NCBI GenBank assembly: GCA_035084275.1 | Contig: CM068756.1 | Span: forward strand, 14,198,001 to 14,262,000 | Origin: Hydrolagus colliei | Lineage: Eukaryota | DNA: 64,000 bases | Direction: 5' to 3' | Shown: in pieces, positions 24,101 through 34,551 of the stretch | How positions within the stretch are numbered: position 1 is the first letter of the stretch | Layout of the letters: each line of letters begins with the position of its first letter | The notes under the pieces: model-generated | The model's input: only the letters and a program-made list of their open reading frames with translations | Databases searched by the model: none | What the model was told of the DNA's origin: nothing | Made by a program: the position numbers and the translations under genes

Positions 24101-26183
24101 ATATTGACGTAGGGTTAGATAGGTGTTAGACAGATCAACATTTGTTCTCGCTTATTTTTATTGTTGCTCTTAAATCGATCACACTGAGGGCGACACACAG
24201 AATACACATGAAGCGGAACATCGATCTTCAGAGGAACCCTCACAAAATACAATCTATAAATTATAGAGTGAGACAACTGGACATTGTGGCATCTGATCGC
24301 AGCGATGAAACATGCTGACTAGCTTTGAATAAAAGGAGGAACATGGTGGGATGGAAAGACATTTGATGTCTTTCCATCCCACCAAACTTCAGCTCAAGAC
24401 ACGTGTCCTGAGCTGAAGTTTTGAAAATCATTCAGTTTTACGATCTGTTGATAATATCCACAATCGATAAGTAGATAATATCGGTTTAGTTTTAATGAAA
24501 TGTTTGATGATTCACATCAAATGTTCCACATTCGAACAGTGTAATGTATTTGATCAACATCTTGCACAACCCCCTCATCACTAATCTCAACACATTTGTC
24601 TCCTATCAACTCTGGCATCGCTTCCTATCCCCACAGGTCTCCCGGGAGAGCAAGTTACATTCCATCCCTCAAGTCACAGGCAGGAGCTGCTGAACATTGA
24701 CTGTTCCTCGGGTCTCTATCCTCAGCCTCTGCCCTTCACTATCTAGATGTTCCCACTTGGCGACAAATCGCTTCAGAGGATTCAATGAAAGGCGTTGTAC
24801 AAATACAACTTTGTTGTTGATGTTGTTTACGAATCAATGCGGCTAAACATCCCTATGAGAATTGAATTAACAACAGTTGGGTTTTTAAAACTCTTTTAGA
24901 ATCTTACCTGCTTTAGGTTTTGAGATGGTGTAGGTGGCAATAGCTGAATTCTTGAGGGTGATGTGAGACACCAGACAGGTATAAACAGATACGCTCTGGA
25001 CAGACTGTGTGTCTTCAATAGAGCTAGAGACCATATAGAGTTCCCATGAGTCCTGCTTTTCGTTGGTTACTGTCTCTTCCACCTTTATTCCTGATGTTGG
25101 TGTAATTTTGTTCTCATCTTTATACCATATGAGGGTGAAATCCTTTGGGTAAAATGCGGTAGTTTCACACACAATTGTCCGATGCTTAGTTGAATTCCTA
25201 GAGAAGATCCTCAGTGGAGTTGGGGGAACTGTAGAACAGATAATGGAGGAAAATCATATTAATTTTGATCAATCAGCGGGAGAAACTTTATTTTAATTCT
25301 TTTGTTTGCAATCTCCCGATTCCTGAGTGCAAATGGAGGTTTATTTAGATTGACAAATATCCCTCTCACAGCAGCAGAAGCTTCCTCCTGCTGAAATTAC
25401 CCTTCGGTTTTTATCAATTAATGTTGATGCGTAATCGTTGTCTTACATATTATTACTATTATTGTTATTGTGACTAAGATTATCAGGCGGAATTGATCAC
25501 TGTGAACTCTCGATCAGAGGAGACACAGGATTCCTGACAGGTGTGAGAACACTGTCAGGATATGGGATCAAACTTGACATTGGGACATGGAATTCACATA
25601 GTTGATGTGGAAACATTTGCTGCAATGCACACTCACCCTGCACAGTTAAACGTGATCCAGGTCCTGTTCCAATTACTGATCCCTGACGGATCACTGAGCA
25701 GCGATAGACTCCAGAGTCCTGGAAACTCACATTCAGGAACTGGAAGAAGCCGCTTCCTTTGCCTATCACACCAAATGTTTTCCTGCTGTCCGCCTGTGTA
25801 TCCAAGTAGCCGTCCTCACCGTCCTTCTCCCACTTCACCCCCTGTCCTGAACCGTGTTGAGAGGAGGGAAACATACAGAGGAGAGTCACGTTCATCCCTC
25901 CGATGAGCGTCACACGTTCGGGGCTTTGATATACTTTCACTGAAGAATCATCAGCAACTGTCAGAAAATAGAGTCAAACACTGATTTCACAGATACTACG
26001 CCGTGGACAAAGCAAGCGAGTAAAGAGAGTAAAAATGGAGTTAGTATACTGTATATGATAATAACACATGGAAACAGGCTTGTAGATATTTCATAGAAGA
26101 ACTGAGTTATATAATAATAATAATAAAATACCTGTTGAAATAATATGTAAGCCAGACAGGTACAGAAACACAACACTCCCCAT
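21012..26183 (-). CDS. Gene B1: intact 7-exon SIRP-like inhibitory IgSF receptor (leader-VJ-C1-TM-4 Tyr motifs), 375 aa
   Basis: Exons 26183-26132, 25957-25637, 25228-24908, 23875-23762, 22972-22929, 22024-21914 and 21176-21012 all have GT-AG boundaries and compatible phases (1,1,1,1,0,0). They total 1128 nt with no internal stop. Confidence 0.9.
21914..22024 (-). CDS. B1 exon 6, ITIM VAYVAL plus TVYAQ motif
   Basis: tgttttacag acceptor; TGEGAVGDNVAYVALDLKSSNKTPRTKQQEERTVYAQ; CAG|GTAAAC donor. Confidence 0.88.
22929..22972 (-). CDS. B1 exon 5, cytoplasmic linker (R)SKGNLTQSGNLEER
   Basis: 44 nt, phase 1 in and phase 0 out, exactly bridging exons 4 and 6; CGG|GTATGT donor. Confidence 0.8.
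23762..23875 (-). CDS. B1 exon 4, uncharged TM (YSLWGGCAAGVVAFLVISIIIG) plus basic stop-transfer KQCQLKKKK
   Basis: atttctccag acceptor, A|GTAAGA donor, 114 nt. Confidence 0.9.
24908..25228 (-). CDS. B1 exon 3, Ig C1-set domain
   Basis: C-x4-FYPKDFTLIW and YTCLVSH ([FY]xCx[VA]xH Ig/MHC C1 signature); 321 nt, phase 1/1. Confidence 0.95.
25637..25957 (-). CDS. B1 exon 2, Ig V-set domain with germline-joined J-like G strand
   Basis: ttttctgacag acceptor; VYQSP..C..W..DSGVYRC..GTGPGSRLTV; G|GTGAG donor; 321 nt. Confidence 0.95.
26132..26183 (-). CDS. B1 exon 1, signal peptide MGSVVFLYLSGLHIIST
   Basis: ATG, hydrophobic 17 aa, ACAG|GTATTT phase-1 donor; 52 nt as in the A copies. Confidence 0.88.
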
Positions 26184-26244
26184 GTCTGACTCTGGCTCTG
26201 ATGAGCTGCAACACATGCATGTGGTATATTTGATATAGAGTAGG

Positions 26245-26301
26245 CAGCTGTGACACTGACTTCCTGTTTCTTTGGGTTCATAAAATGTGGCTGGTGTGGT
26301 T
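26245..26301 (-). promoter_or_regulatory. Putative promoter of B1 (RUNX/ETS/E-box)
   Basis: Same motif cluster as A1. Confidence 0.55.
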
Positions 26302-26467
26302 GTTGTGATTTGAAATCCACTTCTACAATAAATTGTGAAATACTAACTCTTCCTATGAATAGCAGAGAAAGGTTAAACAAATATCTAATCATAAAACAAT
26401 AGCTTTCAGCTTCAATATCGAGTCAGTGGTGCTTTCTCCAACCGGAAATGTTGTTTTAAGCATCACC

Positions 26468-26780
26468 TCTTGTAGCTCAGTGGTTAGAGCACACATCGTA
26501 CAAGTGTGAGACCAGTGTTCAAATCCAGGCAGTTCAGGGCAAAACCTTGGGCAAGCTTCCTTACTTCACACGCCTAATAATAATCTGTCCAAAACAAACA
26601 CTATAACAAATATTGGTCATTGTCAATCCACGACTGTTTGTGAGACACTGCTGTGTGCAATTGACTGCTGCGTTTCGCCCACAATTATTGAATCATTTCA
26701 CTTTACAGTATATTCTGTGAAGCGCTTTTAGATGTCGATAAAATGTGAGAAATGCTACATGAAATGCAAGGATTATTATT
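26468..26780 (+). mobile_element. tRNA-derived Deu-domain SINE (representative; fragments also near 2.2, 12.1, 12.7, 13.1, 13.95, 18.7, 19.9, 22.8 kb and their duplicates)
   Basis: tRNA-like head GTAGCTCAGTGGTTAGAGC..GTTCAAATCC, core TGTGGGACA(C/T)TGCTGTG(C/T)GCAATTGGCTGC, L2-like 3' tail. Confidence 0.75.
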
Positions 26781-28162
26781 GTAACTCTGCCAGTCAATGT
26801 TTTGAGCTTGTGTGTTTCCCACACTTGCAGTCATTAGTGTGGGAAACAAGCTATTCTGTTGGATTTTTCTGCTGCTGGTTCTCTCTGTCCCCCATTGATA
26901 GAAATGAACCTTTCTCTCAAAGGGCACGCCCACCTTCTATGATACCAAATTACCATCCCATCTAAACATTATCCTTCGTATCCATCTTGCTGGCCACTCA
27001 ACATTGCTCCCATCTGTTTCTCCACTAAGCCTTAGAAATCCAGTTTCTACTCATCCTGGTGGGTGGAAACTGAATTCTTCCTGTGTTACACCCACAAATG
27101 TATAGTCTATTAATTTTACTGTATATTCTGTGAAGCGGTTTGAGACTCTCTCTTGGTGATTCTATCCACAGTCAAGCAATTAACTTTCACCTTGACATGA
27201 ATGAAAGACAACTCAACCCCTCTGTTTATTCAGGATCTACTGGTGCAACATCCATTTCCGCATCAAGACCTAGATAACCCCAGACTTCCTATAAATTACT
27301 ATTGATGAATCGCATCCTCCTTGTCTTCTGCAAATATTTCCTTTCTCCAAGAATATATTTACAAATATATAAAGAGGAAAAGGCTAGCGAGGGTGAACGT
27401 GGGTCCATTACAGGCAGAGACCGGAGGAATTAGAATAGGGGACAAAGACATGGCAGAGTCATTAAACAAGTATTTTTCTACAGTCTTCACCATAGAAGAT
27501 GAGGCTGAACTAAATTGCGGCCCATTGTCAGAGGCATTGTCAGAACTACGTTCTGATGTTTGCCTGGAACGTACTGGACTGTTGGACTAAATCTCATCAG
27601 ACGAAGGCGGAATCGCAGTATGCGTGGAGGCATCATATCGAGTTCCTTCATCTGCAGAAGGGACACAAGTGGTTTGTGATCTGTCTCAAGGATGAAGTGT
27701 AGTCCTAGTACATAGTCAGAGAACTTCTCACAAGCCCAGGTTGCAACTAGTGCTTCTTTTTCGGTTACTGCATATCGCTTCTCTGTGTCACTGAGAGAAC
27801 GTGATGCATAGTAGATTGGATGGCGTTTTCCATCGTCTTGGATCTGAAGAAGAACGGCACCAATGCTAGATGCTGAAGCGTCAGTGGCAACGAAGGTTGG
27901 ACGTTTTGGGTCATAGTGAGCGAGAACTACAGATGAAAGTAGCAAATCTTTCACGTTTTGAAATGAACTCTGCTGTGCGTTACCCCAATACCAAGCTGTC
28001 TCTTTCCGTAGCAGCTGGCGTAATGGCTCGTTGATCTCCGTCAACCTAGGTACAAACTTCCCAAGTTGGTTGACCATTCCCATGAATCTCTGGAGCTCAG
28101 TGATGTTTGTTGGGACTGGATACTCTGCAATGGCTGTCGTCTTGCGTTGATCAGCGTGTAGG

Positions 28163-29289
28163 CTTTTTCTTCAAACCCCCGCACAGTTTCCCACGGCGTC
28201 CCTCAGGGCTCTGTCCTCGGTCCTCTTCTTTTCACCCTTCACACGCTCCCCCTGGGCGACGTCATCCGCAGACATGGGGTAAATTTCCACATGTATGCGG
28301 ATGACACCCAGTTGTACCTTTCTGCCTCATCCCTCAACCCCCAGACGATCGATGTTCTGACAGCATGTCTGTCCGACATCGAATCGTGGACGAGGGACAA
28401 CTTTTTGCAATTGAACGTGAATAAGACCGAGGCCCTCCTGATTGGCTCAAGCCAGCGCCTCCGCACATCGGGCGCTGCCAGCCTCAACATCCAAGGCTGC
28501 ACACTCCACCTCACAAAGCCAATCAGGAACCTCGGCATCATGTTCGATCAAAAACTTTCCTTCCTCCCCCACATCCGCGCCTTGACTGGCACCGCCTATT
28601 TCCATCTGCGCAACATTGCCAGGCTCCGCAACTATCTTACCCCCCGCGCTGCCGAAACACTTGTGCACGCGTACATCACCTCACGGCTGGATTACGGAAA
28701 TTCTCTCCTAATCGGCCTCCCCAGTTCCTCCATTCATAGGCTGCAGGCCATCCAAAACTCTGCAGCCCGTGTACTATCCCGCACCCGCCTCCGTGACCAC
28801 ATAACCCCCACCCTCGCCCGTCTCCACTGGCTCCCCATCCTCCAGAGGATCGAATTTAAGATCCTCGTCCTCACCTACAAGGCCTTGCACGGCCTTGCCC
28901 CATCCTACCTAACCGATCTACTCTCCCCCTACACGCCCACCCGCACCCTCCGTTCAACAGGACTTGGCCTTCTCCAAGCCCCCCGCCCGAACTGCCCCAC
29001 CATCGGAGGCCGGGCCTTCAGTTTCTCTGCTCCCACCTTATGGAATGCCATCCCTCAATCCCTCCGTTTCGCCTCTTCCCTTTCCTCTTTCAAGGCCGAT
29101 TTGAAGACTTTCCTCTTCGATCGTGCCTTTTGTTCCACCCCGAACTCTTTTACCTCCCCTTCGTGTTTCACCCCTTCCCAAACACTCCCCTCCCAGCTCG
29201 GGTCACACGCCTCTTGTTTAGCGCCTTGGGACGTCCTCCCGACATGAAAGGCGCTATATAAATGTAAATTGTTGTTGTTGTTGTTGTTG
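28163..29289 (+). mobile_element. Young 5'-truncated L2 LINE nested in the Gypsy RT
   Basis: Uninterrupted 318-aa ORF2 C-terminus starting at YADD; (TTG)n tail. Confidence 0.92.
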
Positions 29290-31081
29290 CTGCGTCTGTC
29301 ACATGACCTAAGAATTTGATGGAGCCCTTGGAGAATTCACATTTGTCATTGAGTGTGAGCCCAGCTTCGAGTAGTCGCTGCAAGACTGCTCTCACACGTC
29401 GGTTGTGTTCAACTTGTGTGGTACCGTGAATGAGAATGTCATCCATATGGCAAATGACACCATCGAGGCCAACGAGGATACCAGACATGGTTCGTTGGAA
29501 AATCTCTAATGCAGAACTAATGCCGAATGGTAGCAGGTTGAAGCAGTAACGACCTGAAGGTATGATGAATTTAGTCAGACGTTTTGAATCTTCATGAAGC
29601 GGTATCTGCCAAAATCCACTCTTTGCGTCTAGCTTGGAGAAGATTTTACTTTTCCCATGCTTAGCCAAGCTCTCGTCGACTGAGGACATAGGGTGAATCT
29701 CACGTTGTACACTCTTGTTGAGTTGAGTGAGGTCAACACAGATGCGATAGGAACCGTTTGATTTGGGCACAGTTACCATACCTGAGCACCATGTTGTTGG
29801 CATATTGACTGGCGAAATGACACCCTGTCGAAGCATGGACTGAATCTCCTTTTCCACTTGTGGTAGTAGTGCGTGAGGCACTTTTCTCGGTGGGTACAAG
29901 CATACTGGCTTGGCGTCAGGGCACAGCGTTATGTGGTACGGTCTCTGAAGTTTTCCCAGGCCAGCGAACAATCCAGGATATTCTGCTTTGAAGTTGGGAG
30001 TTGGATTCTGCTTCACTTCATTTACTCTTGCGATGAGGCCAAGATCGACGCATGCTCGTTTACTGAGTAGCGAACATCTCTGGTTTTGAATTTCGTAGAG
30101 TCGCTCAGTTATCTCCCTCTGGAGGTACTGCAGTTTAGCAATCAGCATTCCCTTCACTGGTAGTGGGATGCCACCTGGACCACGGAAGGACTGATTGGTC
30201 TCTTTGAGTTGTACATCGGCTAGCCAGGGTTCTGTGTCACTGATGACAGAAACGGTTGCACCTGTGTCTAACTTGAAGCAGGTGCGATGTCCATCAACTG
30301 AGATGCAAGCACTCCAAAAGTCATCCTGTTGTGAGTCTTGAACTTCATGCACTTTTGTGTTTCTGCGTTTGGATGCAGCGCTGCGGCAAACTGCCTGGAA
30401 ATGACCTTTCTGTTGGCAATTGTTGCATATGGCATCTTTTGCAGGACATTGTTGACGTGAATGGCGTTGTCTGCCACACCATTGACAATTATCCATCTTG
30501 GAATCTCGTGTTTGCTGCATATGTTTGCTCGACTTTAAGCTGTTGTCGTTGGATTGAGTTTTGCGTTTAGTGACATCATCAATGCTAGTGGACCAGATGT
30601 CACCACGGACAATGTCTCGGCTGTTATATCTTGCCTCTGACTGACGGCATTTATGGACCGCTTTGTCAAGCGTGAGGTCCAGTTGGGCCTGCAGAGAGTC
30701 TGACAATTTTTCATCCAGCACTCCAACAACAATTCTGTCTCTGATTAAGCTGTCCTTGAGCTCGCCGTATTGACAGTTATCTGCTAGTCTAAACAAATCT
30801 TGTATAAAAACATCAATGGATTCGCCTGGCATTTGTTTTCGCCTGTTAAACCGAACCCTCTCCACGATCACATTTCGTCTGCCTTCATAATGTTCAGTTA
30901 GTGCTTCTATAACTTCATCATATGTTGCAGTTTTCTCATCTATTCTGAGAGTGATTATAATGTTATCAGCGCAATCTCCCATGGAAAATAGGAGTGTGCT
31001 CACCTGTTTTATGTCTTCTTTTTCATTGAGACCTGAGGCAATGCGATAACGTTCAAAATGATTGATCCATTTAAGCCACAA
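29290..31081 (-). CDS. Gypsy gag-pro-RT ORF, broken by the L2 insertion; continues at ~28162-27545
   Basis: Open frame of ~600 aa up to FLGHVTDA; resumes GLHADQRKTTAI..FMGMVN. Confidence 0.88.
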
Positions 31082-32298
31082 TTCACATTAGTCTGGTCCA
31101 TTTCCACCCTCAAACTTGCTTGGCAAATTAATCTGGGTCGACAGATGTGTAGCCATGTTGTGGGTTTAACTTTCGGACCGCTGCCACCATGTTATATTCG
31201 AGATATAAAAGAGAGACCATGGAGAGATCGGCTTTCATGTAAGACGGCTTTATTAAGAAGAGACCCCAAGCATGCAATTCCATGTGCTCACAGTGGTCAC
31301 CAGAAGGTGCTATAACCGATACATCTACATATAAGGGCATAGTGATTAGCATAATCCTACACCTTGAAGACCATAAAAAGATTAGGCAGAGTCAACATGG
31401 CTTTACAAAAGGGAAGTCATGCTTGACTAATCTTTTAGAATTTTTTGAGGATGTATCCAGCAGGTTGGATAAGGGGGAACCAGTAGATGTGGTATATTTG
31501 GATTTTAGGAAGGCATTTGACAAGGTACCACAAAAAAGGCTGTTACTCAAGATTAAGGCCCACGGGATTAATGGGAAAATATTAACATGGATAGAAGAGT
31601 GGCTATCGGGTAGAAAGCAGAGAGTAGCGATAAACGGATCATTCTCAAATTGGCAGGATGTAACGAGTGGAGTGCCACAAGGATCAGAGCTTGATCCTCA
31701 GCTATTTACTATTTACATCAATGATCTAGATAAGAACATTGAATGTAACGTGTCTAAATTCGCGGATGACACTAAACTAGGTAGCAGAGTGAGCTCTGAG
31801 GATGATGCAAAAAGATTGCAACAAGATATAGATAGGCTAGGGGAGTGGGCAAGTAGGTTGCAGATGGAATTCAATGTTAGCAAGTGTGAAATTATTCACC
31901 TTGGTAGCAAGAATAAAAGAATAGATTATTTTCTAGAGGGGGAGAAGTTAGATAGTGTTAGTATTCAAAGGGATTTGGGTGTCCTTGTACACCAGTCCCA
32001 AAAAGTTAGTTTGCAGCATTCATTTCAAAAGGTTTAGAGTACAAGAGTAGGGAAGTCTTGCTGCAACTGTATAGGGCTCTGGTGATACCGCACCTAGAGT
32101 ATTGTGTGCAGTTTTGGTCTCCTTATTTAAAAAAGGACATACTTGCCTTAGAGGGGGTGCAGCGTACATTCACTAGGTTAGTTCCTGGGATGAGGGGACT
32201 GTAAACTAGGGCTGTATTCTCTAGAGTACAGAAGAATTAGGGGGGATCTTATTGAAACACATAAGATTCTTAAAGGGCTGGATAAAGTAGGCACTGAG

Positions 32299-34551
32299 CA
32301 GGGCCGTACGCAGGATTTTTAATGGGGGGGTGCGAATTGCTAGTGATGGGACCAACAATGGCCGGGGGCTTGGGGGCTGCCCCCGAGGCCCCCTCGAGGC
32401 TCCGACGTTTTACACAGTTTGAGGTCTTATTTAATCGGTTCAGAAGATCTAATATGAACGGTAAATGTTTCATGCCCTTGGTGTTTAAGAGCATCATTAT
32501 TTATTCAGTGTTTATATTTTCCCCGGTAGTCCGTGTCTAATTGGGAAGTTCGAATGTGTTCGCCGATAAAAGCAAACACGATTGTTGACTCGATGATGTA
32601 AGGAATGCGAACGATAAAGTAAATTACAATCCAATTAACACAGTACAATGACGAATGCTTGATAAATGTATGCGTATAGAGAAAATGATCATAAACTACA
32701 GATTGACGGTAAATAATAAGTTGTTCTGCATTGTTATCCTAAGACTAAATTTCTTTCGGACTGTAATGAACAATAATGTAAGAGTAAAGTATGAATTATG
32801 TGCTCAGATATTCCAGCAAAGCAAATTTTATAAAAGACAAGAAAATATACAGAAACTGAAAATCAGTGTCAAACAGTTAATTCACACGTGTTACAAGCCT
32901 GTTATCAGCAATGTCCTGAAAATATCGTTGAACTGTGAGCAATAGTGTAGTTAGTTTTTATTTATTTATTTAGAATCAAAATTAAAGGAAGTGACCCATC
33001 AAGCAATACTGACCTGACGAAAAAATACTTGAAAAAATAAGGGAGGGGAAATTAATTCTTTAATAGCGTTCCGTATTCGAGACGCCTCGGTCGCTTTGAA
33101 GCCAATACGTCAACCGCTCTACCAATATCGATTTCCATATTATAATGAATGTGCATTAACGCGAGGGCTGAAAGTCGCTCCTATACGGAGCAGAATGCTG
33201 GACACTTAGGCAAACCTCGACCAGGAGATTAGGTGACTCGTGAGGTATATACCAGGCTTCTAAGAGACGCCCTGAACGTTTACTGGCGACAGCATCTGAC
33301 AAATAGTGAGCTATATGGTACACCACCACACTGGTATCACAGACATTACCGCAGAGGCGTCTTAGGTTTAGCGGACATAGCTGGAGAAGCCGGGAGGAAA
33401 CTGTCCATAGTGCTACTATCCTATGGGAACCATTGCACGGTCACAGAACACGAGGTAGACCGACCCTAACCTACATCGATACTCTGGAGCGCGATTGGGG
33501 TATTGGCGGGCGGGAGTTGTCAGGCTGCGTGGAGAGAAGGGATCAGTGGAGAAGTGTGGTTGTCAATGCCCGAGTTCGCTCGATCAGATGATGGTGAAAC
33601 TATTTTTATGCCAAATTCGTGCGACATTGATGTTTTTTCACTCTGGGTACAAAACTGAATGTGAAATAAAGTAGCACTGTTTATCTTTGCGGTCATATGT
33701 TTTTTGCATGCCAGTGGACGTCTCTAAAAGCAATTTTTAATTACAGGAATACATCTTTAATAATATAAATCAAATGTGATAATCAAGACAAAACAAGAAA
33801 CATGATATTTCAGAAACACGCCTATCAAAACTTAAGTCATTTTTACTTATTTATCAGATTAAAATATGATTTCAGCTTCCACAAAGTGGTGCTACCTTTT
33901 TATGTAGTGACTGTATACGGGATGATTTCCGATTGACACACCACGTGGAATAGGCGCTAAAGCATTAGGTCTACGTCCATGAGTATTTTTTTAAAAGATA
34001 GGCATTCCCGTCCAGACACATATAACTTTTTTGTTGGGTTCTCAAAAGCTTTAATTTCTCAGAAGCTTGTAAATATGTTGTCATTGTTTGCTAGCATTAC
34101 AGTCACACCTCTCAAAACTTGAGTAATTTTTACTTACGGTGATCAGATGAAAAGATGATTTTAACTCCAGAATTGGTGCTGCCCCTTGTGGCTGTTTACG
34201 GGATGATTTCCAAACGAGGATGGATTTGAGTCTTGGCGCCTATGTTTATCCAATCACGAGTCACAGACTCGCCGCGTCATGGACTGGTCTATCGACGCGG
34301 TATGTTTTGGGGTAGACGCCGATTCTGGTGCGCGACTCGATAATTTTATATTAATACTAAATCATTCAAAGATGTGAGTTTATAATTTATACATAGTTTT
34401 GAAGAACTGATTGTTGCACAAATGTTCAATAAATTTACTTGGTATTTAAATTTGATAAAAAAATGCAATTCTCTACCCCGGAAAATGTGGACCTTTTATA
34501 ATTTGGGGGGGTGCGTACGCACCCGTCGCACCCCCCCTGCGTACGGCCTTG
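32299..34551. mobile_element. 2.25-kb non-autonomous TIR DNA transposon with 5-bp TSD CTGAG
   Basis: TIR CAGGGCCGTACGCAGG / CCTGCGTACGGCCTTG; empty site GGCACTGAGGGAC at ~235-247. Confidence 0.85.
33228..33570 (+). mobile_element. RTE-clade LINE 3' fragment inside the DNA transposon
   Basis: YTRLLRDALNVYWRQHLTNSELYG motif. Confidence 0.6.

Larger units (their letters stand above)
27545..31329 (-). mobile_element. Gypsy (Mag-like) LTR retrotransposon, 3'-deleted (no integrase or 3' LTR)
   Basis: 140-bp TG..CA LTR at 31329-31190 with AATAAA; PBS TGGTGGCAGCGGT (tRNA-Leu type); gag with two Cys/His knuckles, protease LDTGA, RT HMDDIL, RNase H TDAS/TDHKPL. Confidence 0.92.

Noticed and set aside
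26468-26540. tRNA genes (also near 2197, 7260, 13945, 18800, 19950)
   Set aside because: They are degenerate, do not form a full cloverleaf and run into SINE bodies, so they are SINE heads.
32322-32945. Possible transposase ORFs in the 2.25-kb TIR element
   Set aside because: All frames are under 100 aa with no DDE, BED-finger or dimerisation motif, so the element is non-autonomous
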